Notes under the pieces: model-generated
The model's input: only the letters and a program-made list of their open reading frames with translations
Told to the model about the DNA's origin: nothing
The model's database searches: none
DNA from: Tubiluchus corallicola
Lineage: Eukaryota; Animalia; Priapulida
Reading direction: 5' to 3'
Assembly: GCA_030141605.1 (NCBI GenBank)
Contig: JAQGDQ010000261.1
Coordinates: 184,708 to 248,707 of the forward strand
DNA: 64,000 nt
Part shown: piece after piece, positions 13,146 to 27,200 of the stretch
How positions within the stretch are numbered: the stretch's first letter is position 1
How the letters are laid out: the number at the start of each line of letters is the position of its first letter
Position numbers and translations under genes: made by a program

Positions 13146-15029
13146 ATAATACTATTTTAATATATAAATTAAACATACACTGTGGTCGTTTCCTCTCCTC
13201 CCTTCTACCTATCGCTAATCTCACTATTTTTTCCATTCCATCATGTCTGCTAACACTAACCATTCTTTTGTTCACTCACTTGTGCCACCTTAACAAGCCA
13301 AGCTTTCAAAGGTGCCATACAGCAACTTTTTTATTTGGTTAATTTGACTTCATCAATGTTTTTTTACCTATACTGTTTTTTCCAATCATATTGTATGTTG
13401 ATGTATTGTTGTGTGCTGCTGGAGTGAATTAAATAGATTTGATTTGATTGCAAAAGTTCATACTAGTTTTTCGATTGTTTTTTAAGCAGAGTCTATGATT
13501 ATGTACAGCTATAGCTCATTTGATAAAGATATGAATATCATTATTATAATATTTTCTAAAGTAAGTAATTATTACTCGCTCAATCTGTGTTATGATCGTT
13601 GAAAGTCGAGCAGCTTCGACACAAAGCGATGCACCCATATTTGGAGAGTTTATTGGTAACTAGGCAACTAACTAAGTACTTATTAACGGGTCGCAGCGGC
13701 CGCTAAGTCGCGTGTGTTTGTAATGGGAATGATAATAGCACTTATAATGTTTATCTTAATTAGGAAAATTATTAAAAAATAGTTGTCTATTTGTCAGTTT
13801 TGCATGCTTGCTAATTTAACAAGTAAGCTTGTTCGTGTTCTTATTGTTAGGAGAAAAACATTAGTGCCCACACTTCGGTCTTAATTAATCTGAACTAGGC
13901 CGGCGTGTACAACTGCGAGGCATATGATAGCAACACGATGATTATAATTATGATCACAGTTATATGATTATTACACTTATCCGTTTATCTTTGCAATGTG
14001 ATAATTAATTAAATTTCATAAGAGACAAAATTTTTCGTACTGGTAATGTGTATAGGAGGAGATAGGCCTACTGTAATGGTGATAAAAGGTCGATCAGAAT
14101 TTATTGCTGAAAAAATTGAATACCGAGAGAACATCTCAGAATTATCATTGTTCTTTTGCTTGCTGGCGTCGTTGTAACGCCACTGGTTGATTGTCTGAAA
14201 GCATTCCACAATTCACAAAAAACTGACATCTTACTCGGCCGTCCTGTGTTTAATTTGTGTATTCAACTGTAGATGGTAACCACCCTAAAGTAAAGCTTGT
14301 GAAAGTGATTTTCCGATACCTTGTGAGAGCCAAATTTGAAGGGCTTAGAATGTGGAGGTGAGACTTGTTTTTGGCAGCAATAATTATTTTAACGTGGTGT
14401 AGTCTAAAATCGATGCAAAAACTGGAACAATTAATAGTTTTCTGCATTGACGCTTATACTAGCCTACATTAAAAAAGAATGGCATGTAATATACTGTATT
14501 GGTATTTTAGTGGTCAAAACGTGTTAAGTTAGGAGTTTAAGACCTGGTTTTACCACAAATAAACAAAACTTTGATCCTTTAAAGCTATATTTTCAAATTT
14601 CAATACTAACTTTCAATGAGTTTTGTTGGGGGGAGGGAGTTTTTAGAATGCAGCTATACATCAATGAACTGACACACTACTAAAATATGTAGTAGTGTAT
14701 CAACTGTACTAACTGTATTAGTTCATTAATGAAAGTCATTCTATATCATCAAGGTAGGTTTAACCAAGTTTTACAAAATCAATATATACAGCAATAAACC
14801 TTTGGTTCTTCTGGCAGATGGATGCAGATTTTTACTTGAAATTTTACTTAGAAGAAGCTTAGATGTTATCATCTCTTCACTAGCAAACTGTTCCACATTC
14901 TAATATTCACGTAAGTTACAACTAGTTATTATCTGAGGTTATATCTTTTTCACGCACATACTGCAATTTGTCTCCACAGTTGTCCCTAAACAGAACACGC
15001 GTAATTGTTGTTTGTTTTACTGTTCGTGC

Positions 15030-15135
15030 AGTTCGAGTCATTATTCAAGTCAGTGACATCCAAGTCCAAGTCAAATCCAAGTGTAAAACAAATTACGACT
15101 CGATTCCGAGTCTCAGATTCGAGTACTACAACACT
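15030..15135. mobile_element. Terminal fragment of a hAT-like MITE with CAAGTC/CGAGTC subterminal repeats
   Basis: Repeated caagtc/gagtc units ending in gagtactacaacactg; no left TIR found. Confidence 0.4.
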
Positions 15136-18100
15136 GGCTTGCAGTACTAGAATTTCTCTACTTAATATTTTAAACTGTCACCTTACTGACTGGTTGATTT
15201 CTGGTTGGTTTCAAATTACAGTAACTCCTAGCAATAGTTTCTGACCTTAGGACCTAGTCACCAATCAGTGACTAATATCCTAGAAACTTCACAGTTTAAT
15301 TATTTTTTGACATTCATAAATACTATCTTCAGTAGTTAAGCAATATCGGGCGTGCTTGGTTGAGTGAAATATTTCGAAGATTGATTATTTTTTCGAGAAA
15401 CAGTATCAAGCATTAGGTAACGAAGTTTCATCTTGTTAAGCCAATTTACCAATGAAAAGCCTGAATGCTGAAAATACTATTGAAGTTGATATATAGAAGT
15501 CCACCATTTCAAATCTTTGAGGGGTTTCCCATTAAATCTCCGGTCCTTCACCACAGCTTTTCCACCCCACCCCCACCCTAATTGCTAGTGCATTTTCTCA
15601 TAGATGTTTCTTTCCTTCCTACATATGTAAAATTTTCCACAGTGATATAGCTTCTAGCTGGGCTGCATATTGCCGAAGAAGCCAAACAAATTAAACAATG
15701 AACAAAATTTAAGAAACGAAACAATCATAGTTGACGTAATTGTGCTGGAACGTTAATTGGGCAAACTTTTGTTTAGATTTAGCTTCATTGGTACCTGAAT
15801 TAGAATTGATTGTAAGTTTCAAAAGTCTGAGTTTTATTGTGTAGTGCTAATTTTCCCTGACAATTTCCGGATACATTTGGCTTTCCGACATCAAGCCCAT
15901 TCCTTGACGCATACGGGAAAATCCAAATGGGCGGTCACCCTATTTTCAGCTGTGAATTTTTCATAATGTTATTAGTACGAGTGTTTTGTTATATTACAGC
16001 ATTAGATTTGTCGATCCGCAAATTGCTAGCACATGATTGTGATGATCATAATTCAATTATTAGTGATTGTTTATTTTTCACCATTAGTTTTATGGACATT
16101 TACTAACATTATGGCTGTCAAATTTTTATATCCATGATATTATTGATTAAGAATTCCTTTTAAATTTCTACACGTTCATAGATTTTTATATCTACAGATA
16201 CATAAATCTGTACATTTATACCATAGGCCTATTAAACCTAGTTTGGTTTGAACTATTTCTTTTGACTTTGTTTAACGTCAAGTGAACTCTAACATTGAAA
16301 ATCTTAAAAAGTGAAGGGTTAACTGCCAAGAACTATACTACAGGTGACTAAAAATCGCTTTATTTTTGCCCTTTTCTGAAAAATTGGCAATTTTACTAGT
16401 GTATAAGCCTATCCAATAACACAAATTATGACATTGTGAAGTTCTATTTTGATGCTATTAATAATTTTGAGATTTTCTGAAAATTTGTTATCTTCTATAA
16501 GTGTCGTCATAGCAATTAAGTAAAATTCTCTTAAACTGAAAATTTCATTAAAATTTAAAAGAAATTGAAAAATGATAAAATTTGAATTTGGGATTAAGCA
16601 ATAGCTACATAAAGTGAAGTTCTAAAAACTTTCTACTTTCTAGACCTCCTATGAACCTGTCCAACTTTGAACCATTATTGGAAAAAGCGAATGACATGTT
16701 ATTCGATATTCAGATCTTAGATTGATGATTTATAATTCTCACTTTTTTAAAAGGTAAAAAAGTTGCCAGACACTTGCAGGACCAACTCACGACCCAATTT
16801 TTTATCCAAAATTTTGCCACAGCCAAGTTTTTCAGCCATTTTTACGTTATATCAGTCACAGTATAATGAAAGCCTGTTAGAGCACGGAAGAATTTATTTT
16901 CCAAGAATGTAATCACTTGATATTTTCTTTAGCTATTTTGAGTAAACTTTAGTTTTTGGCTAAAGGTTATATAAGGTGGGCTGGCCCTGCATATGGCTCT
17001 CTACATTTACTATTTCAGTAGTTCTTTCTAAATCTTTTATCTAAAATTTCAAGTGGAATGTTGTTAAGCAGTAATAATTCAATATTTTGCATTAACAACA
17101 AACAACCTTTTTCATAGAACAGATTGTTTGGGAACAATGTTTTTCATCAATACAAAACTTGTAAGGGCAACATGATATTTTTTTCTATAACCAGTACATT
17201 TGGTAAGCTAGCGTGCTGATTTGTGGCCTGTAACCCATAATCCGTAGTGGCAACCCATGACCTGTATTATATATATTTGGCTTCCCTGTTAAAAATACAG
17301 TTTTCTTTAATAAACTTGCTGTGTGCACTTGTGATTAAACTGTGTGTGTGTATTTGTGTTTACAAATGGCTTTATCTAACTCAAACGTAAGTAAACTATC
17401 ATATTTAGATGTAATTGTCACTGAGGAAGTGTCACTCACTTTGATGAATGACTGAGACAGAATCATGAAACTGTACTATAACTAACTTACTTCCATCAAT
17501 ATTATCACACACGAAGACACAATTCACTCAGGAAAATCTGCTAATCCTCCGTGAAACCATTTGAACTCTGCATTTCTCATTGCGAATGAGTCACAGAAAG
17601 CTTCACCCAGTTACAGTGTGCATGTTAATCCACTGTGCATACAAATTAGTTTACGTGCGCATTTTTACCTGAGGATTGTTAGACACTATAGTAAATGATA
17701 AATACAATCATTTGGTGCTTTGTAATCTGCATTTCAAAGTAATCATGAATGTGTTACACTACAGCCAATATAATTGTTTAAAGAAATGTTTCAAAGGGGT
17801 TTTTCGTGGAGCAACGCATACAGCACGCAATTACAGCAAAGCTAAGATTTCCTTTTGTTAAAGTTACACAGCTGCTGTGCTATTTTGTAGATCCATCCAC
17901 AGAGAATAATAGTCCCAACCCATACACCTAACCAGTAACCCATATGTTGAGGACCATAACCAATAAATTAAAACCAGCCCGTTACGGTGTGCATTCTAGT
18001 TAATCAGTTATGATATCTTGTTTCGAAATTAGGACAAAAATGAGCAGTTTATTACTGTACTGAACCCGTACATTTTCTGGAGACTTTGATCTGTTATGTT

Positions 18101-18247
18101 TGGTAACATAAAACCTACATTACATATTGTGTAGTGCTTAAAATGTAACACACACTTTTCATTTAAAACACTTTGTGTACTTGCAGGGGACTGAAAATAT
18201 TGCTTTTCCGAAGCTACTAAATGTGTCATGTATTTGGTGCAACTAGC

Positions 18248-18293
18248 ATGAAAATACAACTGAACCTTTACTTATTACTTATTGCTTGTATTT
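18248..18293 (+). CDS. Gene B first coding exon: signal peptide N-part
   Basis: ATG..MKIQLNLYLLLIACI-T|gtaagt; joins 24819 to give MKIQLNLYLLLIACIFWPISSFA-STDPP. Confidence 0.75.
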
Positions 18294-21200
18294 GTAAGTA
18301 AATTATGTTCAATACAGTACTGTACGTCCTTTTTTAAAGTATTTCGACACGTTCCACTTATTCTAGCATATAGAGATACTGTTTATTAAAACTATTAAAA
18401 GCATTAAATAACATTAAGTGCACTGTTGCAGTTGAGTTAATAGGTAATATTTCTAAATATGATCAGATAACCATTATTCAAATTAATGACTTAATGGAAC
18501 TGTGGTTTTACTGAGAGCAGTATATACCGTTGTTATCCTATATCTACAATTCATTTCTATTTCTTCCGTTTTTTTGCTTGGCTCCACTAGCTAGAAACTG
18601 GTCTTACAATTTACGCACACAGCACACAATTAATTAATTAGTGCTATACAGTTATTGATATACAATATATTTTACTTCTGCTACAAATGTATACAATTAC
18701 GCTTGTGAACGTGTAATACATATATTTTGTATTCGTATCATTGTATGTGTATGACCAATCTTCAGTCATTGTTTTACTGAACTACAGTTAATTTGATAAA
18801 TGATGTACCTACCGTCCAGCTGTTTTAGGCAATTTGGTAGCAAAATCCTGCTTTGAAAATGTTTAGGTAGATATATAAATCCAAATACTTGAACTCAAAG
18901 AAGTTGTGATAACTCTGATCACGTGGTTAAATGTTTCTGCTATGATCTAAAGTTCGAATCTCGTGTGGCAGTTGTGATTCGGAGTTCTAAAGTTTGCAGT
19001 CAAATTTTTCTCGCTTGTGACTGTGTATGCTGTTAGCCTATTGAAATTAAAATCACAGATAATCACAAACAACACTGGATTTGGCATATGTATATTTCCG
19101 AAAAGCATTTGTTTGCTTATATTTGTTTAATGTAGGCTAATTATATTAAAAGGGCAGACTTGCTGTTGCTTTGCAAAATACACAATTAGTATGTAGATGG
19201 TAAACCGTAATAGCTCCAAATATAGCAACATAATTTTAACACTTTTGACTTGGTGCATAAGAATAACCTTAATTTTTAAATAGCTGTAATGATGCTAGCA
19301 GATGTCAACTGCAGGGATGAGAATTTTCCGCGGATACGCGGAATTCCGAGTTTTTGGAAGACCAGTAGTGCTATTTTTGTAAATCGCGTAAATTCGTTGA
19401 GGAAATTTTTATGGACCCACTGCATTATTTCACAAGCTGACCGCTAGTTGGCAGGCCGTCACTTTGTTTACATCACTACCGTTACCGTTACCGTTACCCT
19501 GTAGCGGATAGCCCTATAAGGCTGAATAGGCTGAAGCCTAAGGCCCGGGATCAAAAGGGGCCCGGCAAAATAAAACGAAAAAAAATTTTTTTGTAAAAAA
19601 AAATAAATTGACAAAAGAGCAAGGGGCTCTTTTTTTCAAAAGTCAGTCACCATATTTCAAATCGGGTTTACACAAATCAAGTTTACACAATTTAAGTTTA
19701 CACAATTCAAGTTTACACAATTTAAGTTTACACAATTCACGTTTACACAGTTTAAGTTTAAGTTCAAAATTTCAGTTTAAGAATTTTTCTGGGGGCAAAG
19801 TCATTTATAATTTCTGAAAAGTCCATTTTATCACAATCGGTGGGCAAAAACTCCCAAAATTAAACAAACTTACAAACGACGAGAGCTCCACAAAAACACG
19901 TCAGCTCAGCAGTGTAGCAACATTTAAAAGGCCCGTTCCAAGCTCAAGCCTAAGGCCCATAAAATCATAATCCGCCGCTGCCGTTACCATCGAAGAATAG
20001 AGGTTAAGCATAAAAAGCTTATGAACCTCTCCACTCTTCTTTGTTTACTTTATCAATATAAAAAATAAACATAATAGGTGGCCACGCTGCGATCATGAAG
20101 CATAGCACAGGGTTTCTTGTTGCCATTGTGGCAACCTGGGGTCTATATATTTTTCAGCATTGTTTTTCCAATATCTATCAAGACGAGACTTAAACTGGGC
20201 AGGATTGGATGCTTGAACTACATGGTCAGGCAGCGTGTTCCACTCATTAATTACTCGCCTTGCGAATGTGAATCTTCTTCTACTCCATCTTTGGGGAACT
20301 GTTCTCTTCTTGATTTTGTAAGAGTGACCTCTGGTACCATGATATGTCTGTCGATGGAAAAATATTTCACTGTTGATGGTTTCTATACCTTTAAGAATAC
20401 GAAATGTTTGAATTAAATCTTGTCTTTTGCGTCTGTACTTTAGAGTTGTAAGGCTCAGAATCCTAAGTCTTGCAACATATGGTAAATGAGAAATGGCAGG
20501 TACAAGTCTAGTAGCTCGACGTTGTATACTTTCAATTTTCCTTATCATGTCTTGACGATTTGGGCTCCAAATCACATCACCATAATCCAAAATAGGACGA
20601 ACCATTGATTTATATAGCTTGGTCACCATAGATCTGTCAAGGTAAGAGAAACTACGTTTGATCAATGTCAATCTTCCATGTGCTTTATTGACAACATTAT
20701 TCATATGTGTTTGAAAATTAAGCATACTGTCGATGGTAATAACCAGATCTTTTTCTTCTGTGACGCTTATAATTTCTTTAAAACCTTGTCCTTGTGCCAT
20801 TTTATATGTATGACCTGCAGTCACATGCCTTCCAACAGTCAGGAGCTTACATTTTTCAGTGTTAAATTCCATTTTCCATTGGCGACACCATTGGTCGGCA
20901 TAATTAATATTATTCTGCATGACCTCAAAATCACCCAGGCAGCATGCTTTACCATATATTTTAGTGTCATCTGCAAACAGGCTCTTACCACAGTTGAAAA
21001 CTTTGGGAAGATCATTTATGTAAATAGTGAATAAAATAGGTCCAAGCACCCTTCCCTGTGGTATGCCACTGGTCACATTTGCCCATTCTGATTCTTGCCC
21101 ATTAACTACTACACATTGTCTTCTCCCACAGAGAAAACTATTAATCCATGTTAGCAGGTGACCACATATTCCGTATGCTTCAAGCTTTTGAAGAAGTCTC

Positions 21201-24200
21201 AGATGGGGTACTCGATCAAATGTTTTAAAAAGTCGTAATAGATAACATCAACTTCACCTTTGTTCTCAAGTAAATCCATCCATTCTTCAAGAGAAACTAA
21301 CAAATTGGTAGTACAAGATCTGCCAGTTCTGAAGCTGTGTTGACTATCACAAATGAGATTATGTTCAGTAATGAAGTTGTAGATTTTATCCCTTAGTATT
21401 CCTTCTAGTAATTTACAAACAACTGATGTCAGACTGATAGGTCTGTAATTTTTTGCTAAGTCTCTTTCACCTTTTTTATGGATAGCAGAAACTCTGGCCA
21501 TTTTCCAACTCAGTGGTAATATACCACTGGATAAACTTTGGTTCATTATTTGTAGCATGGGACTGATAAGGATATCTTCGTTGTTCTTAATTATACTTGC
21601 ATGAATTCCATCAGGCCCCATAGATTTATTGGCCTTCATCTTTTTAATTTTTGTACTTAGTTCTAATTCACTGATACTACTGACATCAAGTTTATACTCG
21701 GTTACTGGTAGTAGCTGAAGAATTTGGCTGTATCTTCGTTTGTATAGACAGATGTGAAAAAATTCTGTAATTCATTTGCCTGTTCTTGATCAGTAGTGGC
21801 AACACTACCATCTTCTCTTTTTAAGGGTCTTACCCTTTCTTTTTTCATTAAGTTAGAATTTACGTATGCCCAGAATGCTTTAAGATTACTACTACATTCT
21901 TCCGACAATTTTTGCTCAAAGTTTCTTCTCGCTGATCTAACTAATATTGTAACATCATTCCTAGTTTGAGCACATTGTTCATAGTTGGCACGGGAAGCCG
22001 TTCTTTGATACTTTTTCCAAACAGCTTCTGCCCAAGTTTCGATTTTATTTCATAATTAAACCACTTTAGTTTTTGACTATTGCCTTGGTTTTGCCCTGGT
22101 ACATACTGATCTGTTACTATTCGCAATGTTTCTTCCAATGTGCTGTTGCAGGCAAATAAATCTTTATCTTGAAAAATCACATCCCAGTCTTTTGAGTTTA
22201 AGTAGTTTCTTATAGCTGTATAATCTGCTCTGTAAAAGTTATATTTCTTTTAATTAGTAATCTTAACTTCCCAGGAAGCTTCGATGCTGCATGATATAAC
22301 TAAATGGTCACTTTTGCCAATTGGTAAATGTGACTGCAGGTTTGATGCAATGTACGGATTATTAACAATCAATAAGTCTAGTAAAGTAGGATTATGGCCA
22401 ACCCTATATCTAGTTGGAAAGGTTACTAGCTGCTCCATATATCCATCACTTAGAGTGTCCAAGAATGTGTTCTCTAAGCTAATTTCTGGTGTAGAAGCAC
22501 TCCATGTACTCCAGTTTATTTTACTAAAATTGAAATCTCCACATACGACTTTCAATTTCTCAACAGGTTTTCATTTTCCTTATAACCAGATGATGGACTT
22601 CGGTATATGCCTCCAAATAAAACTTCTTTACCATTTAGCAGAAAAATCTTAACCCACAAAGAGGAGGTGAAAATATTTGATAAGTGCGTAACTTGGATTG
22701 GTGCCAAATCAGATCTCACGTAAAAGGCAATCCCTCTTCCATCCAAATTGCTGAACATATATTCTGGCAGAATCAATTCAGAGTGTTGCAAAGAATATCT
22801 AACAATTTTTGGATTTATCTCAGACAAGAAGATCATGTCAGGTTTTAATTCCAGTAATCTCATTTTTATGTCCTGCATTTTATTTGTTAAACAGTCAACA
22901 TTAGAAAACAACAGTTTTACATTTTTATTTTAATTTAGTTTTCTCGATGATTCAGAGTTGCACTTTTTACTTTTTTGTTTATCTGAACCGGATTCCACAT
23001 TGTCTTTCACTATTAGTTTTGCAGTATTAGTTCGCACACTGTTAATAGAAATATTTACACTATTTACAGCTGGGTGATTGATGTTCACATGTCGCTTTTT
23101 CTTGGTAACCACCGATTTTAGGCGAGTTAATGGTGGTGTTAAATACTGGTCTATCATTCCTGTGATAACTGAAGTTTTATTCCTAGGACTGGTAGTAGTT
23201 TGTTGTAGTTGTCGATTTAGTTCAGGTAGTAAGCAGATTTTAGGTGACGTCTTTTTATTTGATCCTGCATCACTATCATCTTCACGTAATTGTTCCGGAG
23301 ATTCAAGTTCACTTACGACAGATTTTGTGTCATTTGCATCTGACATGGAAATCGGTACACAGTTGCTTTCTGTAAAAGCTGCCGTTGCATTACTATCTTG
23401 TTGCTGCATGAATGCGGAATGCTGGTCCGAAAAATGTACTTTAGGAGAGCATGTAATGTTATCTTCATCGATGCTAACTATTTGGTTTTTATGTATTTTA
23501 ACCTTTTCTACTTTGGCCCTTCTTGACTTTAGTTCACTGACTAACTTTTCATTTTCCTCGCGTTCACGCCAGGTGAGATCAGGGTTTACATAGACATTCT
23601 TGCGATCCTTTTTATGTAAATCTTTAGCAGCCTTTAATACTTGCCATTTTTGACCAGGATGTGAAAGACGGATCCTAACTGGTCCTGTAGATGCGGATGT
23701 CATTTTAGATGCTACCTTTAGCGGCATTGATTCCACGATTTTGACTTCTATGTTCAATGTATTTTGAACCCATTGCTCATACCACTGACTGTCTGCGACT
23801 GGTGTAAGCCCATGTATTTTGATGCTACTCTTTTTTGCCTTTTTTGCATTCGTTCATTAAAATCTTTGTACTTTATGACGTACATCAGTGTAACCACGTG
23901 TAGATCTCTATGTATAAAAATATAGAATCAATTGGGCGGAGTTATTTGAGTCAATTGCAGACAGTTTTTATATACTTTTGCATAGGAGCGACCAGTACTT
24001 GCGACACTTAGGTATCATGTATCCTTGTTAGTTGGGTATTTTGAATTATGCATGAAACAAGGTAACTTATATTTTAAGTCCACTTAGAGGCTGTCTATGG
24101 TCACAAAATGACAATTTGTTGCTGGCTCCAAGGGGGCTCCCTTGAACCCCATAGGGGGCCTAGGTGGCGCCAAAACCCCCGGCCTGTTTCAGAGTTTTTT

Positions 24201-27200
24201 GCAATTTGTCATTCTCATCCCTGCAACTGCAACATTATGATTTGCTCAGTTGATATTAACTAATGACGGGGTATATATTAATAGGTAATAAAAATACCAA
24301 GAGGCTTTGCTGAAACAGTACAAAAAAGTTTCTCTTTGTTAGTATACAGGAACACCAGATAGCTGTGCCGCAAATTTAGATTGATTAATTAAACCTGAAT
24401 ATTTTCCTTTTGTTCCAAGAACATAATTTATGGCTGTATGCATGCCTTCATTAACAATACAACTACTAAACAGAAAAATCAAAGACTAATTGAAATAATA
24501 GGAGCAGTTATAAAGTACAAAACGTAATAAAAAAAATTACAGAACCATGAAAAATTACTCATGAAAGAAAACTTCTCATTTGCCACATGAATTAATTTTA
24601 ATTACACTTTTGTCAGTCAAGTATGGTCAGTGATTAAACCGAAATATTCTGTTTTAAAAAAATCTATTGACTTAGCAGTGGTAATGCCTGATTTTATCAA
24701 CAAATTATGCTTCTCTTGCAATATTTTATTCAGGCTAATATAAGAGCTAATTTGTAATCATGTTTTTACTTACTTACAATGTGCAGTTTTCTTGGATAAC
24801 ATTGTAATTTTGTTTCAGTTTGGCCAATTTCAAGCTTTGCCAGTACAGACCCTCCTTTACTTGATGTAAATTCAGCTGACAGTGATCCAGGTAAAGTATT
24901 GTATATCACTGTCATGTTCTTGCCTTTGAGGCAGTGGGTGCCAGGCTAAAGACATTTTCAAACTGCCACCTATTGTTTGCAGTAGCAACAACATCATTAA
25001 TTTCTAAATTGACTTAGATCATCAGCATGTTTAGAATGCAATCATTCAATACTTAGAGTCAATGTACAGTGAATACGTAATATAGTTAGAGATGTTAACA
25101 ATAACGATAATCGTATGGATCATTATTGATCAACGTATCGGTATGAAAAATTTGTTTTTATCGATTTTATTCTAGAAATATCGTTGTCATATCGAATTTG
25201 GCACTTGTCGCTTGCCTTTTAAAATTGCTTCATTTTTCTTTTTTATTTATTTATACTTTATAGTAATTATGCAAAGATGTGTACAAAAAGAATTATTTAA
25301 AACTATAAGCTTGTCAAACACCGAATCATTATCTTGTACTTTTGCCTGGCAATCATGGCTATCTTCATTCTGAACAATACTGACAAAGTATAGAGACCCT
25401 TTTTATACACTTTGATGCTGATGCGCGGATGTCAAATACGCTGTACCGTATTTTTATTGTCACTTTCCTGGTCATGTGCAGCTCGCACAAATAAAATATC
25501 TTACTTACTTATGAAGTATCATGACAAACAAACCTTTTTCATAATTAGCAGCGATTTAAGTGTATATAGCACTGAATGCACTGAAGCACTTAATCATTTT
25601 AATTATTAATACTTTTTCTATTGTTGTATAAATTGTCTGACTTCAGTATTGTTTTTATCGCTCGAAATAAGTTTTCATATTGTATCGTATCATATTGCAT
25701 CGTCTAAAAAAATGTTTATCTTTATCATATCATTGGAAAACATATCATATCGTATCATTATTGTATTGACAAATTAGAATTGTTTAACATCCTTATGTAT
25801 AGTAACATCTTCCACATGCAGTAATCTAAAAAACTTATTACTCCTTTCAACTTATTGGTAGTACATTTATTTATTTAACTGATTATACCTAATGAGTGTG
25901 TAAACACAGCAGACTTGCTCTTTTATGCAATATCTGAGTGGTCATAGTGTACACTTAGTGGTTGTTGACCAAACCAACAATGTTGAGTCTTGTCTGCTTT
26001 ACTACCTCGGCTGCTTAGCTTTGTTCAGAAAGAATGTAAACATTTCCCACACGTGTCCAACACCTCTGTCTGTTCGTTATGTCATCCTATGTACATGTAG
26101 AGAGATTATCTTTGATTAATAAATATGTTCCGGCCCTGCCCAACCATGTACTTTAAATGAGTGCATTAAACCACAGCTTGCAGAGTGCTGAACTTTGTAA
26201 AAAAGATTCAGTAACTGATTGTCTTGCTTCACATAAATGACAAAAAAATCATAAGGTGGCATGTAGGACTTGGTGGTCTCAACTACCGTGTTTACAAAAC
26301 TTGTTTCCTGAGACATTTTCCCAAAACAAAAAATCTGAAAGGTAAACATCTGATATTATGGGCTTTCCTTGTAGTTCTTCATGATCAAGTATTTACCTTT
26401 GGAACTTTCCAAAATGTGATTGCTGTAAATGACAGCAAGTTATGGTGCAATAGTAAAAGTAGATTTCTTGTTAATTTTGTCATGTATGCATGTTATTTTA
26501 ATAGTTTATGTGTTTTGTTTAGACTAATTAGCTCACTAATGTCCCTTTTCACAGTTCCAGCAGTAATACAGAATATTATAGTGGATGGTACTCCTGTATT
26601 ATCCAATGCAATTACTATCGAAGGAGATACAACTGCAAGCGTGAAATGCAGCGCAAATGGCGGATATCCTAAGCCTTCCATCCTGTTTTATATAGGTATA
26701 TAATCTACACTTTATTGTGTTATACGCTCAAAAACACATTTTCTTTGTACTATGAAAACTATATTCTCTGTAAATTTACTTAAATTTGTGAATGTAGAAC
26801 AGTATTTTTATGACGTAGGTCAGGCAATGGAGACAACTATAACTTTGATAAAGATAACAGTAATTGCTGGGCAGTTTTTTTAAGGGGACACTATCTCACA
26901 TGGTTTTTGAGAGGTTAAAAGCAATTGTTCTGCTCACGCTTGCTAAGCAAACGGAAAAGCACGTGAATGAAGGGCTGTGTGGTTTACTCAAAAAATTTTT
27001 GCCTGATTTTGAATCATTTAATATTATTATCCAGCAGAATGATGAATGTATTGACAATCATTACATTTATTCTAGTTTTGCAAAAATTTTCTATTTTGCT
27101 ATGAAATTTCACAGACCTATAGAATTGGAAGACCCGAACATCATACATGTTAGAGTTTTAAAAAATTTTCTCAGGTTACCAGCACTTTCTATTCAACTGA

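Larger units (their letters stand above)
19312..24223. mobile_element. Non-autonomous DNA transposon (hAT-like CAGGG termini) interrupted by a CR1 LINE
   Basis: Perfect 13-bp TIR CAGGGATGAGAAT (19312-24) / ATTCTCATCCCTG (24211-23); flanking 6-bp duplication CAACTG (19306-11 / 24224-29). Confidence 0.75.

Noticed and set aside
13723-14753. Alternative first exons for gene B (MGMIIALIMFILI.. at ~13723; MKVILYHQ|gtaggt at ~14729)
   Set aside because: The first has no donor site and hits a stop; the second lacks a hydrophobic core. 18248-18293 gives a much better signal peptide with a consensus phase-1 donor.
17160-17480. Possible solo LTR (TGTAAGG.., TATA, AATAAA) and hammerhead-like TGATGA-ATGA..TCAT-GAAAC core at ~17441-17471
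   Set aside because: No matching TSD or clear CA terminus; the hammerhead lacks the conserved C of CUGAUGA and convincing stems I and III
18915-18970. tRNA-like motif (TGGTTAA..GTTCGAATC)
   Set aside because: Too short and cannot form a cloverleaf; at most a decayed SINE head
20117-23593. Plus-strand ORFs over the LINE (20117, 20678, 22284, 23078)
   Set aside because: Antisense shadows of CR1 ORF1/ORF2
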